From the NCBI GenBank assembly GCA_963844715.1, contig CAWJPJ010000007.1:1216001-1280000 (forward strand): a DNA stretch of 64,000 nucleotides, in the 5' to 3' direction. The stretch is from an uncultured Phycisphaerales bacterium. Its GTDB lineage: Bacteria; Planctomycetota; Phycisphaerae; Tepidisphaerales; Tepidisphaeraceae. The notes under the pieces were generated by a model, which did not search any database, had not been told where the DNA came from, and was given only the letters and a program-made list of their open reading frames with translations. Made by a program: the position numbers and the translations under genes. Below, one piece after another: positions 9,641 through 20,547 of the stretch; positions within the stretch are counted from its first letter, which is position 1, and each line of letters opens with the position of its first letter.

Positions 9641-11638
9641 ATGAAGATCAGCCTTCAGTGGCTCGGCGACTTCCTCCCCCAGCCCCTCGATCCCAACCAG
9701 GCCGCCGATGCTCTCACCAACGCCGGCCTGCCCGTCGAGTCCACCGAATCTCACGACGGCGACACCATCCTCGACGTCGAAGTCACCAGCAATCGCGGCG
9801 ACTGCCTCTCCCACCTCGGCGTCGCCCGAGAACTCGCCGCACTCCTAAACCGCCCGTTCCACACCAAGAACCCCGAAGCCGCCCGAGACCGATCCCCCGG
9901 CCTCGAGCGCCGTCTCCGTCCGCATCGACGCCCCCCAGCTCTGCCCGCACTACACAGCCCGCCTGATCCGCGGCGTCAAAATCGCTCCCTCCCCAGATTG
10001 GCTCGCCAAACGCCTCCTCGCCGTAGGCATGCGCCCCATCAACAACGTCGTCGACGTCACCAACTACGTGATGTTCGAACTCGGCCAGCCCCTCCACGCC
10101 TTCGACTTTTCCAAAATCGCCGGTGGAAAGATCATCGTCCGCCTCGCCGCGCGCGGCGAAGTCATCACCAGCATCGACGGCCGCGAGCGCCAGTTAACCG
10201 CCGACATGCTCACCATCTCCGACGCCAATAAACCCGTCGCCCTCGCCGGCGTCATGGGCGGCGTCGATTCCGAAGTCTCCGATTCAACCGTCGACGTCCT
10301 CCTCGAATCCGCCAGATTCGATCCCCTCTCCATTCGAAAAACCGCCCGCGCCCTGGCCATGAAAAGCGAAAGCTCCTACCGCTTCGAGCGCGGCATCGAC
10401 CCCACCCTCCCCCTTCGCGCAGCCTCCGCGCCGCCCAACTCATCCTCCAAACCGCCGGCGGCAAGCTCCTAAAGGGCGTCGTAGCCGCCGGCTCTGAGAA
10501 TTTCGAGCCAAAAAAAATCGCCCTGCGCCTGCCCCGCCTAAAGCAAATCCTCGGCATCGAATTACCCAAAGACGAGGTAATCGCCGCCTTCTCCCGCCTC
10601 GGCTTTACACCCGTGGCCGCGGACGATCGCATCGAAGTCACCGTTCCTTCGTTTCGCCTGGATATCACCGCCGAAATCGACCTGATCGAGGAAGCCGCGC
10701 GCGTCCTCGGCTATCACCGAATTCCCACCCGCCCGGAAATTTCCATCCGCCTCGCCCCGCCCCACCCGCAATCGCTCACATCTGAATTAATTTGCCAAAC
10801 TCTGGTCGCCGGCGGTTTTTTTGAAGCCGTTACTTTCGGATTCGTGAGCGATCTTCTCCGCGGCGATTTCGGCGATTCAAATCTCCGCGCCGATCCGCAG
10901 CGCGCAGGGCGGATGCCACGCTTCGCGCCAGCCTTTTGCCGGGATTGCTCGAAGCCGTGAAATTCAACGAAGCGAACGGCACCGCCGGGGCCAAACTCTT
11001 CGAAATCGGGGCGACGTTTTCGGCGGCGCGGCGACTTTTCCGTCGACGAAAAACGAAAAGTCGCCTGCGTCGGGGGCGAAGATTTGCGCGAATTGCGCGG
11101 CGTCGTTGAATCGCTCCTGCGCCGCCTCGACGCGGATCGCGTGCTGCGCGTTATTCCGGATGCCGCGCCGGGGTTTTCCAAAAATGCCTGCGGGCGCGTG
11201 CAATGGGGTGATCAATCGCTCGGATTTATCGGCAAAGTCGATGCCGCCGTCGCGCAAAAGCTTTCGCTGCGGCATATCCCCGTCGCGGCGGAATTGGAAC
11301 TGGCGCCGCTGCTCCTGGCGCATTGGCACGTGCCGCAACTGAAAGAACTCCCCAAATTCCCCGCGGTGCGGCGCGATCTGTCCCTCATCGTCGCGGGCAA
11401 TCTGGCGTTTGAGAAAATCGAATCGCTGGTTCGCGGATTGAATCTGCCGGACCTGGAAGAGCTGGAATTCGTCACGACCTATCGCGGCAAACCCCTCGAT
11501 GCGGGGAAAAAGAGCGTAACTATCACACTGGTTTTCCGCTCCGCGACGGCCACACTCACCAGCGAACACGTCGAAAGTTCCGTCGAATCAGTCGTTAAAA
11601 CGGCGCAGCAGCAGCTAGGCGCGACGCTGCGCACGTAG
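9641..11638 (+). CDS. pheT: Phenylalanine--tRNA ligase beta subunit, short form lacking the B2 OB domain (several frameshifts)
   Basis: [68 protein letters not shown]...[16 protein letters not shown]. Confidence 0.95.
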
Positions 11639-11641
11639 CGG

Positions 11642-12286
11642 CTATTTCGTCCAATCGAATTTATTGACCAGAAAATTACCGTTGGAATCCTTCACCAGTT
11701 CCATCTGGCACTGATGCTGTCCGCCGGCGAAATTGCACACGACGACGACCGCGCAGATGTACGACCCGTTCTTCTGAGTCGGCATGGCGACGATGATCGT
11801 GCTCTGCAACGCGCCCCAGGGCTGCGCCTGCTGTTGAGCGGCCTGAAGGACGTCGGACGTGACGGTCGCCGTCGATCTGGAGACGTCGGCGTCGATATTC
11901 CCGGCCATCAGATCAGTGACATAAGTCTTGGCAAAGGCGCGCTCGGCGGTTGTGTTCCGCAGCCAATTGGCGATTCGCATGCCGCTGGTGGTCCAGACGA
12001 GCAGGCTGAGCAGGCCAAGGATCAACCCCGCGATCGCCATCCCCCGGCCGCGAATGTTCGGGTTCTTGGTCGAGGAGAGGCCGATCAATCCCAGAATGGC
12101 CGCCACCAGGCCGGTGACGAACGGGATGCAGAAGAGGAGTCCGCAGATCAGGCTTGCGATGGCCGCGCCGCTGGTGCGGGATTGCTGGGGCATGGCAAAT
12201 CCGCCCCCGGGGCCGGAGTAGCCGGGCGGAGGAGGATAGCCGGGCGGAGGCATAGGCGGCGGTGATGGGGGCGGTGGGTAGGACAT
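11642..12286 (-). CDS. DUF4190-type membrane protein with proline-rich N-terminus
   Basis: PPPP-rich start; TSGAAIASLICGLL...AILGLIGL...RGRGMAIAGLILG. Confidence 0.8.
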   Translation of the reverse strand: MSYPPPPSPPPMPPPGYPPPPGYSGPGGGFAMPQQSRTSGAAIASLICGLLFCIPFVTGLVAAILGLIGLSSTKNPNIRGRGMAIAGLILGLLSLLVWTTSGMRIANWLRNTTAERAFAKTYVTDLMAGNIDADVSRSTATVTSDVLQAAQQQAQPWGALQSTIIVAMPTQKNGSYICAVVVVCNFAGGQHQCQMELVKDSNGNFLVNKFDWTK

Positions 12287-12360
12287 GGGCGGTATATTAG
12301 CTGCGCTAAAGGGCGGAAAGTAGTGGTGGGACTGAAGCTCTTCGACGGCAACAATCTCAG

Positions 12361-12399
12361 CCGGACGTTTCGGGAAGTGACCCCGTTTTGACCGCCTTT
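12361..12399 (-). repeat. Dispersed ~35-bp site, copy 1 (inverted partner at 44238)
   Basis: Reverse complement AAAGGCGGTCAAAACGGGGTCACTTCCCGAAA matches 44238-44269 at 30 of 32 positions. Confidence 0.75.
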
Positions 12400-12419
12400 T
12401 AGTTTTTGCCTGGAAAAGT

Positions 12420-12626
12420 TCAAACCCTCGTTTTGATCCCGCAGGCGCGAAGTATGCACCAGCCCCGGAGGGCTTCGAAGAGGGAGAACACGCTCCCGGC
12501 GATGAGCAGGGCGGCGAAAAGTTTGGAGTGTTCATAAACAGCGAGCGCCGCGCCGGCGAACGCGACCGCAAAGATCGCTCTTATCCAACGGCCTTTTGGG
12601 GTGATGTTCTTTTGGAAGAGGGGCAT
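12420..12626 (-). CDS. Small membrane protein, DUF2892/YgaP-like
   Basis: KNI..KGRWIR, two hydrophobic helices, EALRGWC..RACGIKT. Confidence 0.7.
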   Translation of the reverse strand: MPLFQKNITPKGRWIRAIFAVAFAGAALAVYEHSKLFAALLIAGSVFSLFEALRGWCILRACGIKTRV

Positions 12627-12644
12627 GGGTGTCGGGGATCAATC

Positions 12645-13385
12645 CTATTTCATTTGGAATTTGGATTTGATTTGCTGCTTAGCGTAGGTGCGGGTGATGT
12701 CTACCAGGCCTTCTTCCTGGATTCGGCCGTGGGTGGTGAGCCATGTTTGGCCTCTCGTGAAGAAGTCGTCGAAATCTTTTTGGGACATTTGAGAGGCGAA
12801 ATAAGTGTCCCGCTTGACGGGAATCACGCGGCAGATGGGCGTTCCCTTTTTGATCATGATCTTCTTTTCGCGGTTGTCTAATTCCAGGATGACGTGCCAG
12901 GGGTAGCTGGCGGGGTACCAATCGGTATCGACGATGGCGGACATGGCTCGCCAGGGGCGGTATTGGTTGGGGAGGTCCGTCATCAGAAGCAATTCGTCGG
13001 GGTCGGTTTGCAGAAATAAGAACGAACTGACTTTGACCTGGTTGCGGAGTTCTTTCCAGACGTGATCGGAAATGACGTGGGGAAGTTTCTGCCCTTTTTC
13101 CCAGAACCAGGCGTATTGCTGAACGAGCGGCTGGCCTGGGGATTGGGTGGTGCGGCTATATTCAAAATCGCTTTGGATGATGTGGTCGGGACGGACCCGC
13201 CAGTTGCCGCGGGTTTGGGTGAAGACGAGGTCAAAGTTGGCGAGGATATCGAAGCCGAAGGAATTGGCGGCGCGGATGGGGGGGCATTGCTCCGGCCAGC
13301 CTCGGCCGGGTTTTCGCTTGATGTAAACTTCCTTTGCGGGCTGCGGATCAAAAAGGTCCTGGCGGAATTTGAAATAGTGGATCAT
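12645..13385 (-). CDS. Conserved hypothetical protein, DUF6065-like
   Basis: CPPIRAANSFGFDIL near the N-terminus; SAIVDTDW and IKKGTPICRVIPVKR resemble the DUF6065/dUTPase-like beta-clip proteins. Confidence 0.6.
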   Translation of the reverse strand: MIHYFKFRQDLFDPQPAKEVYIKRKPGRGWPEQCPPIRAANSFGFDILANFDLVFTQTRGNWRVRPDHIIQSDFEYSRTTQSPGQPLVQQYAWFWEKGQKLPHVISDHVWKELRNQVKVSSFLFLQTDPDELLLMTDLPNQYRPWRAMSAIVDTDWYPASYPWHVILELDNREKKIMIKKGTPICRVIPVKRDTYFASQMSQKDFDDFFTRGQTWLTTHGRIQEEGLVDITRTYAKQQIKSKFQMK

Positions 13386-13447
13386 GGGAATTGATTTGGA
13401 TCATACTTGAAGGGAACGGGCCCACCCAAACCGGTCGTTCTTAACAG

Positions 13448-13556
13448 CATTGGCACAGAGGACACAGAGTGCACGGAGGGCACAGAGAAAAGAGAAATAA
13501 ATTCTATTGGTTTTTTCTCCGTGCACTCTGTGTCCTCTGTGTGCTCTGTGCCAATG
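13448..13556. repeat. Long palindrome built from 9-nt tandem units (CACAGAGNN)
   Basis: CATTGG-CACAGAGGA-CACAGAGTG-CACGGAGGG-CACAGAGAA ... TTCTCCGTG-CACTCTGTG-TCCTCTGTG-TGCTCTGTG-CCAATG. Confidence 0.85.
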
Positions 13557-13632
13557 TTTTTGAACAAGTCACTCGGCGCAGCGGGCGTGCCGTACGGCGG
13601 ATGATACTTGGCGGACGAGGAAACGCGTGGCG

Positions 13633-13660
13633 TTGACCAAATCGCCGGCATCGGCATACT
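13633..13660 (+). promoter_or_regulatory. Putative sigma70 promoter for tRNA-Glu
   Basis: TTGACC-16 nt-CATACT about 40 nt upstream of the tRNA. Confidence 0.45.
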
Positions 13661-13701
13661 GTGCCGCTTCCCTGGCGTGGGCTTTTGGAGGCTTGCGTCA
13701 C

Positions 13702-13774
13702 GGCCCCGTCGTCTAGAGGCCTAGGACACGGCCCTTTCAAGGCCGCGACACGGGTTCGAATCCCGTCGGGGTCA
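13702..13774 (+). tRNA. tRNA-Glu (anticodon TTC), CCA not encoded
   Basis: Acceptor GGCCCCG/CGGGGTC; anticodon arm CGGCC-CTTTCAA-GGCCG; T-loop GGTTCGAATCC. Confidence 0.96.
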
Positions 13775-13960
13775 ATAGTTCTGGCGATAAAGTGGGGGAG
13801 ACAATGGGGTTCTGCGGGGGGCCGCGGTCGGGCGGATTGTTGGTTGGCGAAAGTCCGGGCGCGTTTATTATTGATTGCAGATCTGTTGAAAAAGGGCGCC
13901 GTTATTGGCGCGGTGTATTTGACGAGCACCGGTGGTTTGGGCTTTTTTTAGGGCGGGGCC

Positions 13961-15758
13961 CTGGTCGGCGAAGCTGGTTCATTTCGAGAAAAGACGGCGG
14001 TTGGCAATTTAGCTCGGTATCGTTGGTTGGGCTGGGTTGCCGCGGCTGCGCCGGCGGTTTTGCCGCTGTGGATGATTCTCGCGATGGGGTGGATTTCCAT
14101 TTCTGGGATGAGTGGGACGCGGATTGGGCGGGGGTTTACGTCAAGGCGTTTCATGGGCAACTCACCTTCGCGGACCTGGTCGCGCAACACAACGAGCATC
14201 GCCTGGTGATGCTGCATCTTCTGGGCATCATCATGAATCGATTTACGCATTGGAATAATTACGACGTGCTGCTGCTGGGTTGGGGGCTCGCGTGCATGGC
14301 TTCGATGGGGGTGCTATGGCTTTGCCGAAACTCGGCGCGGCACGGGGCGTTGTGGCGATGGTTTTTGTGCAACGTGCTGATTTTTACGCCGGTGCAAAGG
14401 CAGAGTTGGTTGTGGGGGATTGGGACGGTGCATTTTCTGGTGGCGGCGTGCACGATCGGGATGATCGCGATGCTGACGTCGGATATTAGAAGTTGGATCA
14501 AGGGGACAGCCGCCGTGGTGCTGGCGGCGGGAGCGACTTATTCGAGCGCGAACGGGGTGATCGCCTGGCCCCTGGCGGCGTTGCTCATACTTGGGCAAGA
14601 GAATCGAGATAGGAAAACGAAGTTGAGGATGATGATTGCGCTGGGGATCTGCTGCGTGATCGTTAGCGGCACGTATCTCATTGACTACAGGTTTCCGCAA
14701 AGCGGGGTCGGGGAGTATCACAGCTCGATGGGGGAAAAGTTGATTTATCTGGTGACGTTTTTGGGGAATCCGTTTGCGGGAGCCGGGAGCGGGGCGTCGC
14801 AGTATGGGATGGCGGGAGTTTGCGGGTCGATCTTGCTGGCGCTATTTTGGGGGCGCTGGGATATTTTGCGATGGCGTGGGAGCGCGGGCGGGAGGACATG
14901 GGACGGAAGATGCTGCCTTGGATTGCCGTGGGGATTTTTGCGATTGCCAACGCGGTTTTGGGGGCGGGGGGACGCGGTGGGTATGTGTTTCTCGGGCAGC
15001 CATTGGAGACGCGGTATACGACGATCGCGATTTATTTGCCGGTGGCGCTGGTGAATTTGATTCCGATGATCTGCGGGGATTTGAAGCTGCGGCTTTCGGA
15101 GGGGGCGAGCTATATCTGGAAACAGGCGCCGGCGGTGGCGGGGGCGGGGTTGATCATGCTTCAGTTGAATTGCGTTTCGCCGGCGCTGGCGGCTTCGGAC
15201 GATTGGCGGAATTTTCAGCGCGAGGCGAAGGCGGCGGTTTTGCTGATCGACGTGCTGCCTCATAATCCGGAGCTGGTGAATGTTTTTCCGACGCCGGTTG
15301 CGCTGCACCGGATGGCGGATGCGGCCAGCGCGTGCGGGTATATGCATCCGCGCGTGGTGAAGAGCGCGGATGCCGATTTGATTCAGGCGAATAATTTGCG
15401 CGATGTCGGCGGCGCCGAAGGGAGGATGGAGCGGTACGTGATCGGGAAGGACGCGGTCCAGCTATTCGGTTGGGCGATATTTCGACGGTTCGGCGAGCCC
15501 GCGGACGCGGTGTTTCTTACCTATGAGGACGGGGAAGGGCGCCATGTGATCTGCAAACTGGCGGATATGGGATTGCAGCGCGATGATATCGCCAGGGAGA
15601 TGGGTCAGCGGAACTATGAGAAATGCGGCTGGCAGGCGACGCTGCGATTGGCGGTGCTCCCGAGCAGCGTGAACACGACACGAATCAACGCGTGGGCATT
15701 TGACACGGATACGGGGAAGGCGGTTCCATTGGAGGGGAGTATTGTGATTCAGAGATAA
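13961..15758 (+). CDS. Polytopic membrane protein with DEWD/QHNEHR motifs and C-terminal soluble domain (frameshifted; start approximate)
   Basis: Many TM helices across ORFs 14027, 13792-15054 and 14820-15758; clear paralogue at 45509-47294. Confidence 0.7.
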
Positions 15759-15759
15759 G

Positions 15760-16737
15760 ATGCGCCTACCACGCACACGCCGTCGTCGGATTGCCTGGGC
15801 TTTATCGGGGATCGCTTTCGCGGGGATTTTATTTCTGAACGCGGTGGCGTATCTCCAGGCGAGGGCGATGACGCATTTTACGGATGGAGGCGTGCGGACG
15901 AGTCCGCCGGAGGCGCTAACGCGGCTCCAGAAGGTGCGGGTGCTTTTGATGGGGGTGAAGGTTCCGCGGCCGGAGGATTCGGCGACGCCGGCGGATGTGG
16001 GGTTGGAATACCAGACGGTGCGCTTCGGCGGTTTGTCGGGCAAGGATTGCGAAGGTTGGTTCATCGGTGCCCGGAAACCGAAGGGGGTGTGCATTGAATT
16101 TCACGGGTATAGCTCGAGCAAATCTTCGCTGCTGCATTCGGCGCAGGCGTTTCATGGCTTGGGGTATGACGTGCTGCTGGTCGATTTTCGCGGGAGCGGC
16201 GGGTCGATTGGGGACAACACTTCGCTCGGATATTTCGAGGCGGATGATGTGGCCGGCGCGATGAAATTCGCGGCGGGGGAATGGCCGGGGGAGCCGATCG
16301 TTTTGTATGGGGAATCGATGGGCGGGGCGGCGGTGTTGCGCGCTGCAGGAGAACTGGGCGTTCAACCGCGCGCGATTGTTATTGAATCGGTTTTTGATCG
16401 CCTGCTTTCCACCGTGGAAAATCGGTTCGACGCGATGCGCGTTCCGGAATTTCCGGCGGCTAGATTGCTCGTGTTCTGGGGCGGAGTTCAACAGGGGTAC
16501 GACGCATTCGATCTGAATCCGGCCGATTATGCGACGCGCGTGACTTGCCCGGTTTTGCTGATGCAGGGCGGGCGCGATCCGCGCGTGACCGACGCGCAGG
16601 CTCGGAATCTATTCGATCATTTGGCCGGGCCGAAACGGCTGGAAATATTCGAGACCAGCGGGCACTGCGGGATGCTGTCGGATGATCGCGGGCGATGGAT
16701 TTCGAGCATAAGCGGTTTCCTTGCCAAGAACCGATAG
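15760..16737 (+). CDS. Alpha/beta hydrolase
   Basis: FHGY, DFRGSGGS, GESMGG nucleophile elbow, GGRDPRV, GH. Confidence 0.9.
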   Translation: MRLPRTRRRRIAWALSGIAFAGILFLNAVAYLQARAMTHFTDGGVRTSPPEALTRLQKVRVLLMGVKVPRPEDSATPADVGLEYQTVRFGGLSGKDCEGWFIGARKPKGVCIEFHGYSSSKSSLLHSAQAFHGLGYDVLLVDFRGSGGSIGDNTSLGYFEADDVAGAMKFAAGEWPGEPIVLYGESMGGAAVLRAAGELGVQPRAIVIESVFDRLLSTVENRFDAMRVPEFPAARLLVFWGGVQQGYDAFDLNPADYATRVTCPVLLMQGGRDPRVTDAQARNLFDHLAGPKRLEIFETSGHCGMLSDDRGRWISSISGFLAKNR

Positions 16738-16832
16738 TCCGCTGAATCAGAACTCGAGCGTCGTTCACAACGCTGCTACAATAGAGTGGTTTTGCAAAGA
16801 TCGAGCGGCCGGTTGCAGCGAAGTGATCCGCC

Positions 16833-18009
16833 ATGCAGAACGAAGAATTCCACTCGCCAGAGGGCCTAATTCCAGATGGGTTGCCGGTAATAGACTACGC
16901 TTCGCCGACCCTGAAATCGCCGCTCTCGGTAGCGGACTGGGGGGCGATCGCGCTACTCGCGATCTGCACGGTCATTTATGGTATCGCTTGCATTCCGTCT
17001 TATTCCCGAAGTTCCTGGCCGCCGATTGAGCGCTTTCTGGAAGCGCCGCCGTGGCTATGGGTGTTTGCGGTTCCGATGTTCACCGTGATCGTTCCTGGTG
17101 GACCGCTCTCGAGAAAAGCTCTTCTCATCTACGCTTTGGTGACCAGCGGAATTGACGCCGGGACCTTGCCATTCGCAAACATGAATCCGCACCATATGGG
17201 GCTGGATTTATGGTTCGCAAATCTCATATTCGCGGTACCAGTTCATCTCGGGCTCACCGCGATCGTTGCGCTGCTGAGTCGGTTGGCATACCAGATGTTC
17301 GGCGTTGCGCCGTCTTTGGAAATGCGCGGGCAATTCGGCGCAGTCCGGTGGTGCGCATCGGGATTTTGGGCGGCGTTACCCTGATCGCCACCTTATTTCC
17401 GTTCACTTACGAGAGGTTTACCGTTGCCATGGACGATGCCGCGGCGCTCGGCTCGCGGATGCGGATTGGGCAAACCGCAACGCCGTTGTTATCGGCAGCA
17501 ACATGGCTACATATCGCGAGGAAAAGGGCATAGGTTTTCAGTCGTTCATTGACGCGGCATCTGGCTTTCCCCTTAGGCATAGTTGGATGCGGCGATGGGA
17601 GCCTGGTTACAACGCGGAGATATGTAGCTTGTTAAAAAGCAGAGGAATTCCGACCTGGTCATATTACAGTCGGGTCGTCGCGGATTCGGATATGGTCAGC
17701 ATGCTGACAGCACCGGACATGAGGGAAATCACTTCATACCCATGTGTTCTCTCCCCCAACATTGTTCTGTTTCGCGGGGGCGGAACGACACCGTGGGGAA
17801 GCGTCGTCTACAGCAATTCTCGGTATCTCGATATCGAATGCCGGAATCAAGACTTCATTCCGCTCGGTACCCTCGGCGATGAGAAGGACCCGGCGTTTGT
17901 CGCCCAACTGTCCAAGTACCCCAAGACGTTCTTCATCCGGTGCGGCAAATCCGTGGTCGCCTGTACTTCCGAGGGCCGCATAATCCAAGGCGTGTACGAG
18001 GACCCATAA
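16833..18009 (+). CDS. Hypothetical membrane protein (probably one gene split by frameshifts)
   Basis: VIDYASP start and TM helices in ORF 16833-17384, continuing into ORF 17305-18009; lower GC than neighbours. Confidence 0.45.
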
Positions 18010-18149
18010 AGGCATTTTTGTTCGGTCATTGCAATTCGCTACAGCCGCTGCGGATCGATTCGGGCTTGGGGCGCTGTTAGAAGTGCGGCGAACCTCTATA
18101 ATGCGCACCATTGCAAGGCACATCGCGTTCATCTCCAGAGGAAAAGTCT

Positions 18150-19490
18150 ATGAATAAGGCCAAAATGCGGCAGTTGGGTTTTTGGGGGATCAGCGTTTTG
18201 ACGCCGCTCGGATTGGCGTTGACGGCGGGTTGTCCGCCGGTCGTGGTGGAAGAGGACAATGGTCCGCCACCGCCGCCGCAGCCGGTGTATGTGCAGGCGC
18301 CGGCTCCGCGCCCGTGGTGGTTCCGGCGGACGCGGCGTTGCAGCAACTGGTGGCGCCGATCGCGCTCTATCCCGATCCGCTGCTGGCGGTGCTCCTGCCG
18401 GCGTCGACTTATCCGGATCAGATTCAGCAGGCGGCGTATTGGGCGCAGATGAATCAAGGTGCGCCGGACGCCGTGATCGCGCAGCAGCCGTGGGATCCGT
18501 CGGTGCAGGCGCTGGTGCATTATCCCTCCGTGCTTCAGTACATGAATGGAGATATGCAGTGGACGACTTCGCTGGGTTCGGCGTTTGCGTCGGACCAGGG
18601 ATCGGTGATGAACGCGATTCAGGAATTGCGCCAGCAGGCGTATGCGTGCGGGACTTTGCAGAGTTCGCCGCAGATGGACGTGATCGTGGACGGGCCGGTG
18701 ATTTATTTGCAGCCGGCGAACCCGGACGTGATTTGTGTTCCGAGCTACGACGCGGTGTATTGTTATCAGCGTCCGGAGCCGCTGACGTTTGGCGTGCAAT
18801 ATGGGGTGGGCGTATGGCTGGGATTCGCGTTTGATTGGAGCGACCGGTCGGTTTATCGCGGGGATTGGCACGAGGGTTGGCAGCCGGAATCGGGCGGCTG
18901 GCATCGCGCCCCGGATTGGCGGCCGCCGCAGGCGCAGCCTTGGGTGAGGGACGCGAGCCATGGACCGCCGCCTGCGCGTTGAGCCCGCGCATTATGTCGC
19001 TCCGCAGCAGATTCGCGGTCATGAGCAGGAATTCCGAGCCGCGCCGCCGGTGAGAGCGACGCCGGCCAAGCCGATGCCGAAGGAAGTTCCCGATGCGGCG
19101 CATCGGACGGATTTGCCGCCGCAGTCACAGGGGCAGGTTCGGCCGGACGATCAGCGTCAGCCGGTGGTTCAGGCAGCGCCCGCGCAGCATCCACAGCAGC
19201 AGCCGGACCAGCAGCACTCGACGGCGGATCGGACCTACCAAGGCCAGCCGATGGAGAATCCGCAGCGGCCCACCGAGGCCAACGGGCCCGGGCCGAAGGG
19301 GCCGGGGACCCCGGCAGCGGCGGATAAAGGACCCGCGCCGAAGGGGCCGGCTCAGGACAAGTCGAAGCAACCCGCGAAACCGGCCCAGAAGCCGCAGCCG
19401 ACCGATAAGCAAGCTCCGCAGGACAAAGATCACGATCAGGATCAAAACCAGAATCAGAATCAGGATCAGTCGAAGATGCCGCAGCGATGA
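18150..19490 (+). CDS. DUF3300 domain protein with Gln/Pro-rich tail, possible lipoprotein (frameshifted)
   Basis: LQQLVAPIALYPDPLLAVLLPASTYP, WDPSVQALVHYPSVL, VMNAIQELRQQA; LTAGC lipobox-like motif. Confidence 0.85.
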
Positions 19491-19574
19491 GTTGGAGAAA
19501 TCCGACACCCGAAACCAGAATGACGAATCAAACCCGAATGCCTAAATGAACGAAATGGCTGTTTCGATCATTTA

Positions 19575-20468
19575 GAGCCTCTAACAAAAATGCGAATGAA
19601 GCCTGTTCCAACAGATCATTGCCTCACCCACGGTCATGAACGCGGCGTGGATGTCGGGCCGTTTTTCGTAACGGACTCGCAGTCGGCGATTCTGATGCAA
19701 CCAACTCAGCGTACGCTCCACCGGCCAGCGGGTTTTGCCAAGACCACTTCCGTGCGGGCGGTTGCGTCGGGCCAGCAACGGGCGGCTGCCACGCTGACGC
19801 AACGCCTTTCGGTGCGGTTCGGAGTGATACGCCCGGTCTCCCTGCACCACCTCGAACCGCCAGCGCGGCCGGCCCGGTTTGCCCGAGACCTTTGGAATCG
19901 CATCGATCAGCGGCAGCAGTTGCGTGATGTCGTGGCGGTTGGCCGCCGTCAGGAGGGCAACCATCGGCGTGCCGTTGCCATCGGTCAATACATGGTGCTT
20001 GGAACCGTTTTTCCTGCGATCTACCGGGCTCGGACCCGTTTTTTTCCCCCGTGCACGGCCCGCACGGAAGCAGAATCCACCAAGGCCCGCGACCAGTCGA
20101 TGGCATTCGACCGCCGCAATCGATTCAGCAATAGTCCGTGCAGCTTCGTCCAAACCCCACGATGGTTCCAATCGCGCAGTCGACGCCAGCAACTCATGCC
20201 GCTGCCGCATCCCATCTCCTGGGGAAGGTATTCCCACGGAATGCCGGTTTTGAGCACGAACAGAATACCCGACAACGCCGCGCGATCGTCCAGCGGCGGC
20301 CGGCCGCGCTTTCCTGGACCACTGCGGTGCTTGGGAAGCAGGGGTCGGATCAACTCCCAAAGCTCGTCGGTCACCAACGGCTTGGTCATAAAGCCCTCCA
20401 TGGCTAAGACCAAGCCGTATTGTCCGATCAACCATAAACATGGGGAAGTGCATTTTTGTTAGAGGCTC
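19575..20468 (-). mobile_element. IS5-family insertion sequence (IS402/IS427-group-like), 894 bp
   Basis: Perfect 19-bp terminal inverted repeats GAGCCTCTAACAAAAATGC; TTA target duplication at 19572-19574 and 20469-20471. Confidence 0.95.
19581..20389 (-). CDS. IS5-family DDE transposase, two overlapping ORFs joined at a G5A7 slippery site (~20039-20050)
   Basis: OrfA LVTDELWELIRPLLP...GRPPLDDRAALSGILFVLKTGIPW...VDS; OrfB GPSPVDRRKNGSKHH...GDRAY...RWPVERTLSWL...RRL.VRYE. Confidence 0.93.
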
Positions 20469-20547
20469 TTAGTCATTTGGTCATTGATTCTGATTTCGGG
20501 TTTCGGGTTTTAGCGGTGATGGGTGCACTGCGAGTACAATTCCCCGC

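Larger units (their letters stand above)
19495..20511. repeat. Imperfect palindrome of AATGAC-type units, split by the IS5 insertion
   Basis: Left arm AAATCCGACACCCGAAACCAGAATGACGAATC...; right arm ...GTCATTTGGTCATTGATTCTGATTTCGGGTTTCGGGTTTT. Confidence 0.6.

Noticed and set aside
9641..9850. Missing tRNA-binding OB domain in PheT as a novelty
   Set aside because: Short PheT forms are known in several bacterial lineages; useful as a taxonomic hint only
13448..13556. CRISPR array (also considered for 56106-56179)
   Set aside because: Units are 7-9 nt, contiguous and arranged as inverted arms, with no unique spacers and no cas genes
19425..19470. GATCAG/AATCAG hexamer tandem repeat
   Set aside because: Encodes the low-complexity DQDQNQNQ tail of the DUF3300 protein
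13702..20500. Genomic island integrated at tRNA-Glu
   Set aside because: No integrase seen, and I found no duplicate of the tRNA 3' end in the window
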